64,000 nt of DNA, from NCBI GenBank assembly GCA_026417625.1, contig JAOACW010000003.1:76699-140698 (forward strand), in the 5' to 3' direction. The notes under the pieces were generated by a model. It saw only the letters and a program-made list of their open reading frames with translations, searched no databases and was not told the DNA's origin. Shown piece by piece: positions 38,397 to 47,888 of this stretch. The DNA comes from Syntrophales bacterium. GTDB lineage: Bacteria > Desulfobacterota > Syntrophia > Syntrophales > UBA8958. Each line of letters opens with the position of its first letter. Position 1 is the stretch's first letter. A program made the translations under genes and the position numbers.

Positions 38397-38999
38397 TTAA
38401 GCTTTTTCTTCTTCGCAGGCGCCATTATTCGAACTGCGTTTTTTGCATATTGCAACCTTAGCAGGTCGTAACAACCTCCCATTCAAAAGGTACCCTTTCT
38501 GGTATTCTTCGACAATCTCATTTTCTTCATGATGTTCGCTTTCAACCTGAGCGAGAGCTTCGTGGTAATTAGGATCGAAATAGCAGTTCAAACAATCGAT
38601 AGGTTCCACGCCGTACTTCGCTAAACATGACATCATTTGAGATCTGACCATCTTGAGGCCTTCTTTGAAAGCTGCGAAGTTTTCTGTTTTTTCCGATTGT
38701 TCTATCGCTCTGTCGAGGCTATCCAGAACTGGTAACATATCCCGTATCAGATTTTCCTGACCGAATTTTATTACCTCTGCTTTCTCCCTAGCAGATCTTT
38801 TTTTGTAATTTTCCAAATCTGCCAGTGCACGGAGGTATTTGTCATAGTTCTCCGCCGCCTCTTTTTCTTTTTGTTTTAGCTTCTCCTGAAGTTCTTCCCC
38901 TTCATACGGTTTAACTTCAGGTAATGATGATACCTTTTCTTCAAAGGTTGTATCCTGTGAAGATATTTCCTTTTTTTCTACTATTTCTTTTTTCTCCAT
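38397..38999 (-). CDS. grpE: Nucleotide exchange factor GrpE
   Basis: 200 aa; coiled-coil N-terminus, [20 protein letters not shown]. Confidence 0.9.
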   Translation of the reverse strand: MEKKEIVEKKEISSQDTTFEEKVSSLPEVKPYEGEELQEKLKQKEKEAAENYDKYLRALADLENYKKRSAREKAEVIKFGQENLIRDMLPVLDSLDRAIEQSEKTENFAAFKEGLKMVRSQMMSCLAKYGVEPIDCLNCYFDPNYHEALAQVESEHHEENEIVEEYQKGYLLNGRLLRPAKVAICKKRSSNNGACEEEKA

Positions 39000-39028
39000 T
39001 GCTTTTCCCCAATAGGTTAGTGTGTTTT

Positions 39029-39613
39029 TTATTTAATGTCCGGCATCTGGAAGAGCTTCATGTCCACCAACTGACATATGACATGACCAACGGTTATGTG
39101 TACTTCCTGGACACGTGGCGCAAGTGATGATGGCACATTTAGATGATAATCCACTATATCCTTGACATCCCCTCCATCACCACCTGTTAGGCCAATTGTT
39201 ATAAGTCCCATTTTTGCTGCCTGTCTGAGTCCATTCACCACGTTTTTTGACCTTCCGCTGGTACTAATACCCCATGCTATGTCACCCGGGTTTCCTAGGG
39301 CCCTGATCTGTTTACTGAATATTTCTGAGAAGTCGTAATCATTACTGATACTAGTAAGTACAGAAGTATCTGTACTGAGAGCTATCGCGGGAAGAGGAGG
39401 CCTCTCTATTAAAAAGCGATTTATAAATTCTGCCGCAAGATGCTGAGCATCCGCTGCACTACCTCCGTTACCGAAAAGCAGGATTTTGTTTCCCGCTTTA
39501 AGTGCATTTGTTACAACCTCCACTACTTCCACTATTTTCAGGAGGTTCTCGTTGACAAATACCTCTTTTAAGTGATTACTTTCTTTGAATATCCTAACTA
39601 TTAAGTCTTCCAC
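39029..39613 (-). CDS. gmhA: D-sedoheptulose-7-phosphate isomerase (SIS domain)
   Basis: 194 aa; LLFGNGGSAADAQHLAAEF, GISTSGRSKNV, VQEVHITVGH. Confidence 0.8.
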   Translation of the reverse strand: MEDLIVRIFKESNHLKEVFVNENLLKIVEVVEVVTNALKAGNKILLFGNGGSAADAQHLAAEFINRFLIERPPLPAIALSTDTSVLTSISNDYDFSEIFSKQIRALGNPGDIAWGISTSGRSKNVVNGLRQAAKMGLITIGLTGGDGGDVKDIVDYHLNVPSSLAPRVQEVHITVGHVICQLVDMKLFQMPDIK

Positions 39614-39644
39614 TTCGAAGCTCTCTTTTTTCTAAGCCGGCGCT

Positions 39645-39675
39645 AATATATTTATCCGTACAAGGTGTGTCAAGG
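39645..39675 (-). promoter_or_regulatory. Sigma70-type promoter of gmhA-grpE-dnaK
   Basis: The minus strand reads CCTTGACA, 17 nt, TATATT, then AGCGCCG. It shares its flanking bases with the groES promoter. Confidence 0.5.
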
Positions 39676-39727
39676 TTGCTACTGTGAAAAGGTATTTGAC
39701 TGTTTTTTCGATGTTGAAAGGGAAAAT

Positions 39728-41152
39728 TTAAACGTTTGTATTCGAGGTGTCAGGATGTGTTTTGAGAACCCGTTCGGCTGCTTTAGCGATTTCTACATCA
39801 TGGTTGTGGTTCAGTGAGAAGATTCTAAGGTGAATTATGCGTGCAGGAATAGATTTAAACATCTCGATTAAAGGCTCACGGGATATCTTTCCTGTGCTGG
39901 GATCGAATACGTTTATTTTACCTGAATGAGCCATTGGGTTTACTGGCCGGGGGTCTTGAGTGACCATATCTATGACAAGGGGTATTCTTTTCAGGTGCAT
40001 GGGAAGGTAGTGGCGTAGCAATTGTTCGTACTCAGCTGCTTCTGCCATTCGTGTTCCTCTTTGAAGCTCATCTAGAGAAATGTCTGTATAATAGGACATT
40101 TTCCATTTGACTTTGCGGTTATAAAGTTTAGCCCATTCTCTACCTAGTTTTCTTTTTTTTTGATCTGTTTCATCATACCAGTTCGTAACTGTTGAAAAAA
40201 GTTTCCATTCATCCAAATGCAGATATTTTCCAAGATGTTTTATGGGGTGATAAGGGAAGATAATGTTCATGGTGTCCCTGAATATTTCCTTGAGATGAAG
40301 GTCAATAGCCCTCGTTGTTCTGTGAAAATATACGTTTGTGTAGAGACTCAAACGGGCGTTAAGAAATCGCCTCAGTGCTGACAGTCCTGCTTGGTGGAGT
40401 GTTAAGCCTTCGTCTGTGTAAAACGAGTAGTATTTCAAACGGTCGATATCAACCATGTCTAAAGAGAAACCTGTCATGTATGCGTCACGCTGTACGTAGT
40501 CTAGATTGTCTACGGTGTATATACCCGAAAATAACTGTCTTAGTTTCTTCAACCACGGGGGGGCATTGTATTTATCTTCCGTTTCTGTTTCTTTTTTGAT
40601 TAGAAATGCCACGTGTTCAGGGTTTAATGTTTCATCTTCATCGAAGTATCCCGAAGGGCTACGTCTTATTGCTTTAATTGTGAATCCCAGTTTCTTCTTG
40701 ATTATTTCCTGACCTATGTCTTCGTGGGTTAACTTGTACTGAGAGAGGAACTGCTCGTCGAAGAAGTGCCCGTATGGTCCGTGTCCCACATCGTGGAGTA
40801 GTCCAGAAATTCGCATGAGTTCTTCAACATAGTTTGCCGATGGTGAGTCGGGGTGAATCTCTTTCAAACTGGGATAGAGAACTTTTGTAAATTCGCCGGC
40901 AAGGTGCATAGTACCCAGAGAGTGCTGAAATCTGGTATGTTCTGCGGAGGGATAAACCCAGCGAGCACTCTGCAACTGGTATATACGCCTCAACCGCTGT
41001 AGCCATGGTGAGTCTATGATGTCCTGCTCTGTTTTTTCATCTTTTTTTTCTGGTGAGGGTATTGTAAATACGATGTATGAATAGATAGGGTCTGCAATGA
41101 GTGCAGTCCCCTGATAGCGAAAACGCGGGTAGAAGCTTTTTTCTATAGCCAT
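39728..41152 (-). CDS. HD-domain phosphohydrolase (SAMHD1/dGTPase-like, COG1078 type)
   Basis: 474 aa; RTRFQHSLGT, LLHDVGHGPYGHFFD, DNLDYVQRDAYMTG. Confidence 0.85.
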   Translation of the reverse strand: MAIEKSFYPRFRYQGTALIADPIYSYIVFTIPSPEKKDEKTEQDIIDSPWLQRLRRIYQLQSARWVYPSAEHTRFQHSLGTMHLAGEFTKVLYPSLKEIHPDSPSANYVEELMRISGLLHDVGHGPYGHFFDEQFLSQYKLTHEDIGQEIIKKKLGFTIKAIRRSPSGYFDEDETLNPEHVAFLIKKETETEDKYNAPPWLKKLRQLFSGIYTVDNLDYVQRDAYMTGFSLDMVDIDRLKYYSFYTDEGLTLHQAGLSALRRFLNARLSLYTNVYFHRTTRAIDLHLKEIFRDTMNIIFPYHPIKHLGKYLHLDEWKLFSTVTNWYDETDQKKRKLGREWAKLYNRKVKWKMSYYTDISLDELQRGTRMAEAAEYEQLLRHYLPMHLKRIPLVIDMVTQDPRPVNPMAHSGKINVFDPSTGKISREPLIEMFKSIPARIIHLRIFSLNHNHDVEIAKAAERVLKTHPDTSNTNV

Positions 41153-41244
41153 GGTGTTTTTATAACGTATGCCGAAAGGTGTATCAATAGGATTTTAGAA
41201 ACCATATCCCGGAGTTAACGATCGCCATTACGGGGTAAAATTTT

Positions 41245-42039
41245 ATGGTAGGAAATAAGAAGGTTTTAGCCGTATGGAATCTTAAAGGAGGTGTGGGAAA
41301 GACTACATGTACTGTTAATATCGGTGTTGCTTTGGGTATTTTAGGCAAGAAGGTATTGCTTATAGATATGGATCCACAGGCGCACCTGGCTTATGCTTTG
41401 GGTATTTCATCTCTGCAAATGAAATGCTCAATCCTTCATTTTCTCGAAGGAAGTGTCCCCTGGCGAGAGATTTTAGTATTGAAGGAGGGGGTATGGGTTA
41501 TTCCATCGTCATCTGATCATTTTTTTGATGGGTTTTTAAGTAGGAGTGCTCCGGAAGATGAGGTTATCCTTCGAGAGAGGATCTCTGGAATAACTGGCTT
41601 TGATTTTGTACTTATAGATTGCCCGCCTGCTTGGAATGTCTTGACGGTAAACGCCCTGGTTGCTGCTAGTGATCTTCTGGTCCCCATCCAGGTGGAATTT
41701 ATGGCCTTGAAAAGCCTGGGTAGACTGTTTGCTTTTGTGGAAGAGGTTAAGAGGAGGCACAATGGTGACCTGAAAATCGGCGGAATTATTGGTAATAGGT
41801 ACGATGGTCGCAAAAAGTTAGATAGAAAAATGGTGGAAAGCCTCAACCGTCGGTTTGGAGGGATGGTTTTCTCAACTTTGATTAGGGAGAACGTTAAGAT
41901 CGCGGAGGCTGCAGGTTATGGCCAGTCCATTTTTTTGTATGCCCCGAAAAGTAGGGGTGCAAGGGATTTTCTTGCTTTGGCACGTGAAATAGTTTCTCAT
42001 AAATCTTTTGCTGTTGAAAAGAAACCTGATATGGATTAA
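41245..42039 (+). CDS. ParA/Soj-family P-loop ATPase (orphan; no parB nearby)
   Basis: 264 aa; deviant Walker A NLKGGVGKTT, IDMDPQ, LIDCPP. Confidence 0.85.
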   Translation: MVGNKKVLAVWNLKGGVGKTTCTVNIGVALGILGKKVLLIDMDPQAHLAYALGISSLQMKCSILHFLEGSVPWREILVLKEGVWVIPSSSDHFFDGFLSRSAPEDEVILRERISGITGFDFVLIDCPPAWNVLTVNALVAASDLLVPIQVEFMALKSLGRLFAFVEEVKRRHNGDLKIGGIIGNRYDGRKKLDRKMVESLNRRFGGMVFSTLIRENVKIAEAAGYGQSIFLYAPKSRGARDFLALAREIVSHKSFAVEKKPDMD

Positions 42040-42082
42040 CCAATGTGCGTTGTGAACTTTTTGTCTATGTGAAGGAGTAGAG

Positions 42083-42976
42083 ATGATACGGGAAAGCAAA
42101 GGCGAAATAGTCCCAGGTTTGTATGCTATAGGAATTCCAGATCTACCAGCTTATCTTATCGTTGGCAAAGAACCGACTCTGTTTGATGGTGGTATTACTT
42201 TTATGGGTCCCACGTACATCAATGATTTGAGAAAACTCCTTGGTGATGAAAGGCGATTGTTGTACAACATACTCACACATTCCCATTTTGATCATGCAGG
42301 TACAACTCCTTTTCTCAAAAGAAAGATTCCCCGTATGAAAGTAGCGGCCCATTCGCTTGTGGCAAGCACATTGAGAAAGAAGAGTGCTGTTGATCTGATA
42401 AGGTCGCTTTCGTCTGAGTTTGAAGTGAAATACAGGGATTTTATCGGTGATGAAAATGTATCTTTTTCTGAGGTGGATGTAGATATCACTTTGGAAGATG
42501 GTATGACCATTTACTTAGGTGGTGGTGTGGAGATTTTGGTAATTGCCACGCCGGGACACACGAGAGATTCAATGTCTTATTACATTTTGCCATTTAAGGC
42601 CTTGGTCACTGGTGAGGCAATTGGTGTTTTTGATAAAAACTATTCGATTCAACCTGAATTCTTGACAAGCTATAAGAACTATCTTGCTTCCTTGGAAAGG
42701 CTTGCCCAGTTGGATCTAGAAATAATTATGATGAGCCATTATTTTGTTCTTACTGGGGAAGATGCTCGTGAATACATACCCCGATCTATAGAAGCCACAA
42801 AGCGTTTTCGTGATAGAATTGAGAGGGCACTTAAGGCTAATGGGGGAAACCAGGAGGCAGTGGTGAGAAAGATATACGAGGAAGATTTCATAGGAACGGG
42901 TGCAGTGATGCAGGAAGAAAGACCTTATCTTTTGAATTTGCAGGCGAAAGTAAGGTGTATAGCTGAGGGGCTGTGA
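42083..42976 (+). CDS. Metallo-beta-lactamase-fold hydrolase
   Basis: 297 aa; LTHSHFDHAG, TPGHT. Confidence 0.8.
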   Translation: MIRESKGEIVPGLYAIGIPDLPAYLIVGKEPTLFDGGITFMGPTYINDLRKLLGDERRLLYNILTHSHFDHAGTTPFLKRKIPRMKVAAHSLVASTLRKKSAVDLIRSLSSEFEVKYRDFIGDENVSFSEVDVDITLEDGMTIYLGGGVEILVIATPGHTRDSMSYYILPFKALVTGEAIGVFDKNYSIQPEFLTSYKNYLASLERLAQLDLEIIMMSHYFVLTGEDAREYIPRSIEATKRFRDRIERALKANGGNQEAVVRKIYEEDFIGTGAVMQEERPYLLNLQAKVRCIAEGL

Positions 42977-42984
42977 TGGAGTTC

Positions 42985-44055
42985 TTATTTTTGCATCTTA
43001 ACACCGTAATGCTCTTCAATCCAACGTTGGTACTCACCGCTTCTCACACGATTTGCCCATTCTATGTTTTGCAGATACCAGTTCACAGTTTTCCTAATAC
43101 CTGTAGCGAATGATTCCCGGGGACTCCATCCTAGTTCATTGTGAAGCTTGCTGAAATCTATGGCATATCGTCGATCGTGACCGGGACGGTCTTTAACAAA
43201 TGTGATAAGAGACTTTCTATGAAGGCCACTGACGGGTGGTACGTATTCATCTATCAGATCGCATATCGTTTCTACAATGGTGATATTTTCCATCTCTGCA
43301 TTGCCACCTATGTTGTAGGTCTCTCCCCGTTTGCCTCTCAACATGATGAGCCATATGGCCTCACAGTGGTCAGTGACGTAAAGCCAGTCCCTTACGTTCT
43401 TCCCGTCCCCATAAATGGGTAGAGGTTTATTCTCTAGAGCGTTCAGGATCATGAGGGGTATAAGTTTCTCTGGAAATTGATAGGGACCATAATTGTTAGA
43501 GCAGTTGGAAATTGTCACAGGTAAACCAAATGTACGGTGGTAAGCTCGAACTAGATGATCTGCTGCTGCCTTTGATGCAGCATAGGGACTGTTGGGGCGA
43601 TAAGGTGAATCCTCTGTAAAACGGCCCTGAGGACCGAGACTGCCGTAAACCTCGTCAGTACTGACATGATGAAATAGTTTAAAACTATCTCCTCTCTGAC
43701 GGGAAAGTTCCAACAGGTTGTATGTTCCCACGATATTGCTTTGAATGAACCCACCGGGATTTCTTATAGAACGATCAACATGGGATTCCGCAGCAAAGTG
43801 ACACACAGCGTCGATGTTGTTTTTTATAAAAACCTCCCGCATCTTACTTTCGTCACATATGTCTGCCCTTATGAAGGTGTACTGTTCCGGGAATTTTTTC
43901 TCAATGTCAGAGAGATTCTCGGGATTCCCGGCGTATGTAAGTTTATCCACATTTATAATACGTCCTTCGAAAGAGGCGTTTTCTAGAAGATATCGTATGA
44001 AATTACTTCCTATGAATCCACAACCTCCAGTAACTAGAAGATTTCTTATCCTCAT
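42985..44055 (-). CDS. rfbB: dTDP-glucose 4,6-dehydratase
   Basis: 356 aa; VTGGCGFIGSNF, STDEVYG, YAASKAAADHL. Confidence 0.92.
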   Translation of the reverse strand: MRIRNLLVTGGCGFIGSNFIRYLLENASFEGRIINVDKLTYAGNPENLSDIEKKFPEQYTFIRADICDESKMREVFIKNNIDAVCHFAAESHVDRSIRNPGGFIQSNIVGTYNLLELSRQRGDSFKLFHHVSTDEVYGSLGPQGRFTEDSPYRPNSPYAASKAAADHLVRAYHRTFGLPVTISNCSNNYGPYQFPEKLIPLMILNALENKPLPIYGDGKNVRDWLYVTDHCEAIWLIMLRGKRGETYNIGGNAEMENITIVETICDLIDEYVPPVSGLHRKSLITFVKDRPGHDRRYAIDFSKLHNELGWSPRESFATGIRKTVNWYLQNIEWANRVRSGEYQRWIEEHYGVKMQK

Positions 44056-44079
44056 TTTTCGTGCTTATCCCGTTACTTA

Positions 44080-45033
44080 TTATTTTAAAAAACTCTGAAT
44101 AATGCGGTTCACGGCCTCCTCGTATGTGAGACCAAGACTCATGAGTTTTATGAGCTGATCGTCCGCTATTTTTCCTATGGATGCTTCATGAGTCAGCTCC
44201 GCTTCCGGGTGAAGGGCCCGCAATGCTGGTATCGTTTCGTTTTTCCCATTGTCCATGAGAATTGCATCACATTCTATGTGACCAAAAGATGGTGCAGTAG
44301 ACTCCATGGTTGCGTAGAAATGTTGAACCGAGTCCCCTTTTATAACCGAGCGTGATATGAGATTGGCCCTGCTGTTATTTCCTTTAAGGTAGATGGTGTT
44401 TTTTGAAACTGCTTTTTGATTGGCATCCGTCAATACCCGTTCTGTTATAAGGAGTACCCCGTTTGTTTTAACTGTTGCCTCATTTTCTCTTTGAGCTTCG
44501 TCCACGCCTCCTAATTGGACTAATTCCATTTCTGCTGATGCACCTTCTTCGAGGAGAACTTTTGTTTTTGGGTTTAGGATACGTCTTCCCCTCCCCGGTC
44601 CTGTTGCGTAGTGACGCTCGATGTACTTTACGCGAGCTCCTCTTTCTACATGGAATTCATGGAGCCCTTCATGACCTTCCGGTTCCACACTTGCGCAGTG
44701 AATGCCGCATCCGGCAATGATGGTTACATCTGACTCTTCTCCTATGAGGAATACGTTGCGCACAATATCGTAAAGACCAGCGGCACTTACGATGACGGGG
44801 ATGTGAACGGACTCGTTTATGGTGCGGGGTTTGATGCGAACGATTATACCCTGACCATCTTCTATGCTTTCAATATCGATGTTTGCAGTAACTTGCCTGG
44901 AGAGTAATTTGCCGTCTTTTCTAATGTTATATGCCCCTTTGGGCAGTCCTTCTAACTCCGCAACTGTTTTGAGAAGGTGTTCATCGATAGCATTTAACAT
45001 CTTCGGCGCCTCCCTTACAACTTCTGTATCCAC
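44080..45033 (-). CDS. Fe-S cluster assembly scaffold, SufB/SufD family (short form)
   Basis: 317 aa; C-terminal THEASIGKIADDQLIKLMSLGLTYEEA. The start may instead be ATG 45000. Confidence 0.8.
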   Translation of the reverse strand: MDTEVVREAPKMLNAIDEHLLKTVAELEGLPKGAYNIRKDGKLLSRQVTANIDIESIEDGQGIIVRIKPRTINESVHIPVIVSAAGLYDIVRNVFLIGEESDVTIIAGCGIHCASVEPEGHEGLHEFHVERGARVKYIERHYATGPGRGRRILNPKTKVLLEEGASAEMELVQLGGVDEAQRENEATVKTNGVLLITERVLTDANQKAVSKNTIYLKGNNSRANLISRSVIKGDSVQHFYATMESTAPSFGHIECDAILMDNGKNETIPALRALHPEAELTHEASIGKIADDQLIKLMSLGLTYEEAVNRIIQSFLK

Positions 45034-45742
45034 ATACGCTCAAATCTACTAGCATAGGTAACGCCTTTTCCAGGCTTCCCTCATAGACTATTTTACCCTT
45101 GTTCATGATGAGAATTAAGTCTACAGTCTCTAGAAAGTCTCTGTTGTGACTGACCACAATGGTTGTGGTTCCCCTTTCCTCACATTCTTTTTTGAGAAGA
45201 TGCACCATAGGGTTTATTGTCCAGAGATCAATACCTGTGTCTGGTTCATCGTAGATTGCAAGTTTGGGATTTCGTGCAATAGTTGTAGCAAGTTCAATTT
45301 TTTTTATCTCGCCGCCGGAAAGTTTTGTATCAACTGGACAGTCGAGATAGGATAGAGAACATATACCCACTCGACGCAAGAGGGCGAGTATTTGTTCCTC
45401 TTCATTCGTACCAGCGGCTATAGATAGAAGTTCTCGAAACGTGATACCTTTAAAGCGTGCCGGCTGCTGAAAACTGTAAGCGATTCCTCTTTTTGCTCTC
45501 TCTGTTATCGATAAGTTTGTGATATCCTGTCCTTCAAAAAAGATGGACCCTGAAGTTGGTTTATTAATACCCATTATGAGTTTTGCTAGGGTAGTCTTTC
45601 CTGATCCATTCGGCCCTGTGATACCGTAAAACTTTCCCTTCTCAAAAGTGTATGAAAATCCTTCGATGATTGTCCGTTCCCTTTGCCCATTGTTGGGATC
45701 ACCGATAGTTACTTTGTATACCACATCTTTTAATACCAGCAT
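44981..45742 (-). CDS. sufC: Fe-S cluster assembly ATPase SufC
   Basis: 253 aa; GPNGSGKTT, LSGGEIKK, IYDEPDTGIDL. Confidence 0.85.
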   Translation of the reverse strand: MLVLKDVVYKVTIGDPNNGQRERTIIEGFSYTFEKGKFYGITGPNGSGKTTLAKLIMGINKPTSGSIFFEGQDITNLSITERAKRGIAYSFQQPARFKGITFRELLSIAAGTNEEEQILALLRRVGICSLSYLDCPVDTKLSGGEIKKIELATTIARNPKLAIYDEPDTGIDLWTINPMVHLLKKECEERGTTTIVVSHNRDFLETVDLILIMNKGKIVYEGSLEKALPMLVDLSVCGYRSCKGGAEDVKCYR

Positions 45743-45828
45743 AATGTTACCTCCTTTTTATCGGCGAGTGCTTTGCCTCCCGTGCCTTATGTGATAAATC
45801 CGACAGAAAGTCAAGTTAGTCAGATTTA

Positions 45829-46623
45829 TTATAGGTAGCTTCTAGCCCCTACGTATTTTCTAGCATAGAATTTGTTATTAAGTGAGTCAATTCGGATTTT
45901 TTTGCCCTGTCCAGGTGCGTGGACGAATTTGCCATTGCCGAGGTATATACCCACGTGAGAAACTTTTTTGCCTCCCCGTGTAGCGAAGAAAACAAGATCC
46001 CCCTTTTTTAGGTCCTCAGAGTTTACCGGTTCGCCAATTTCGAATTGCATCTGCGATGTTCTAGGTAGATCAAGTCCGTTTAATCTATAGACCGTCATAG
46101 TGAAACCACTACAGTCAAATCCTTCTTCCGGTGAAGTTCCACCCCATAGGTATGGAATTCCTATGAATCTCTTGGATGTTAATGTGATTTCCTCTCTGAG
46201 ATAATCTTCTCCCAATGTTTGGGCTTTTGTGGCAGCGTACTGTTCAGGACTTACTATGTAATAGTCGTCTATGACACCAACTGATTTTAAAATAGCAGCA
46301 ACACTCTCAGCGTCAGTGCGATCTTTGAAGTTGCCGAATGTGACACGATATAATCCTTTCTTTGTTACAAAATATGTGGCATCAAGCCCTTTTTGTCTCA
46401 GCTTATCGGCGAAAAGCACCGCGTTTTCAGCTTCCGCGAATGCACCTGCTTGTATGGTGAACCCGAGAATGGGTATCGTTCTTTCACGTTTGCGTACGTG
46501 CATTTTTTGTGGAGGTCGCTTTGCGGGAGGAGAGATTTCAAAATGTGGTTTGCGTGGGGCACAGTTTTCGCACGTGATGAGTATGATCAATATTAATGTA
46601 ACCCAGGGAGTCTTATTGAACAT
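45829..46623 (-). CDS. NlpC/P60 (C40) peptidoglycan endopeptidase with a SPOR domain; probable lipoprotein
   Basis: 264 aa. Signal peptide with Cys, a SPOR-like region (FTIQAGAFAEAENA..YRVTFGNF) and the NlpC/P60 motifs YLWGG..FDCSGF..HVGIYLG. Confidence 0.85.
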   Translation of the reverse strand: MFNKTPWVTLILIILITCENCAPRKPHFEISPPAKRPPQKMHVRKRERTIPILGFTIQAGAFAEAENAVLFADKLRQKGLDATYFVTKKGLYRVTFGNFKDRTDAESVAAILKSVGVIDDYYIVSPEQYAATKAQTLGEDYLREEITLTSKRFIGIPYLWGGTSPEEGFDCSGFTMTVYRLNGLDLPRTSQMQFEIGEPVNSEDLKKGDLVFFATRGGKKVSHVGIYLGNGKFVHAPGQGKKIRIDSLNNKFYARKYVGARSYL

Positions 46624-47803
46624 AGAGTAGCAGTCCCTTTAGATACCTACCCTCTTTGTGTGCAAGAAGTGTTGGGTGATCCGCACCGGGTCCCAGTTTT
46701 TTTAGGAGACGTGCCTGCCTTCCCGCATCATTAGCGGCGGCGAGTACTATTTTTGTAAAGAGTTCTTCATCGATGAACGTCGAGCAGGAAAATGTAATTA
46801 AAAATCCACCAAGTGTTAGTTGCTTGAAAGCATGAAGGTTAATGTCTTTGTAGCCCCTAGCTGCCTTTTGCACGTCATTTTTGGTACGTGAAAATGCAGG
46901 AGGGTCGAGAATGATTAAGTCATAGGTCTCTCTTGTGTTTCTCAGGAAAGAAAACATATCTTCTTTAATAGTGGGATGGTCTGCTGGAGAAAAACCGTTT
47001 TTCTTCAAGTGATAGTTGACCATGTTACATGCAGATTCCGATGAATCGACAGATATTACTTTTCGTGCTCGACCACCGCAGGCGTAGACGGTGAAAGCCC
47101 CTGTGTATGAGAAACCATTTAGGATTTTCAAGCCTGATGATAGGTTCTGAACGAGATATCTGTTATCTCTCTGGTCCAAAAAGAATCCTGTTTTTTGACC
47201 TTTCATAATGTTCACTGAAAATTCATAACCTGATTCTCTGATATCTACAAACTCGGGTGGATCTTTCCCCCATACTGTGCCTGTTCTGTCGTTTAGACCT
47301 TCCTTTGATCGTGCTGGGCTAGCACTTCGCTCGTAGATGGATATAGGATTTATTTCTTTGATGATAGCCCCAATAAGTTTCTCATATTCCCTTTCCATTC
47401 CTGCCGTTTCTACAGAAAGCACGCAATACCCATTGTAATAATCGAGAATAACACCCGGTATGCCATCGCCTTCTGCGTTTATAAGTCGGTAGGCATTTGT
47501 GTGTGGAGGTATGATCCTCTCCCTGAGTTGTTTTGCCCTTTTAATGAGAGTTCTCCAGAAGGTCTCATCGATACGGACTTCTGTGTTAAAACTTAGAACG
47601 CGGAATGCGATGTTCGATTTGGTATTGAGGAAACCTAAGGCCAGAGGTCTTTTCTCATGACTGAGTAGGCAGACTACAGAACCTGGTTCAACATCCGTGG
47701 GGTATTCCGCAATGGCTCCCGAGTATATCCATGGATGTCCCTGGATAAGAGATAGTTCTCTTCCACGTTTCAGAATGACTTCGGGATAGAGCTTGTTTGG
47801 CAT
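46613..47803 (-). CDS. rlmI: Class I SAM-dependent 23S rRNA (cytosine-C5) methyltransferase, RlmI-like (PUA + MTase)
   Basis: 396 aa; GHPWIYSGAI, LDPPAFS, and the overall RlmI/YccW domain order. Confidence 0.75.
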   Translation of the reverse strand: MPNKLYPEVILKRGRELSLIQGHPWIYSGAIAEYPTDVEPGSVVCLLSHEKRPLALGFLNTKSNIAFRVLSFNTEVRIDETFWRTLIKRAKQLRERIIPPHTNAYRLINAEGDGIPGVILDYYNGYCVLSVETAGMEREYEKLIGAIIKEINPISIYERSASPARSKEGLNDRTGTVWGKDPPEFVDIRESGYEFSVNIMKGQKTGFFLDQRDNRYLVQNLSSGLKILNGFSYTGAFTVYACGGRARKVISVDSSESACNMVNYHLKKNGFSPADHPTIKEDMFSFLRNTRETYDLIILDPPAFSRTKNDVQKAARGYKDINLHAFKQLTLGGFLITFSCSTFIDEELFTKIVLAAANDAGRQARLLKKLGPGADHPTLLAHKEGRYLKGLLLYVQ

Positions 47804-47820
47804 GTTCTACTTATTCCCGA

Positions 47821-47850
47821 TTGACAAGTTTATGTACTTCTACCTATACT
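47821..47850 (+). promoter_or_regulatory. Sigma70-type promoter of glnS
   Basis: TTGACA, 18 nt, TATACT, ~38 nt before ATG 47889. Confidence 0.5.
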
Positions 47851-47888
47851 GTTAAAGAAAATCATGATCAACAACAAAAGGAGAAAAT

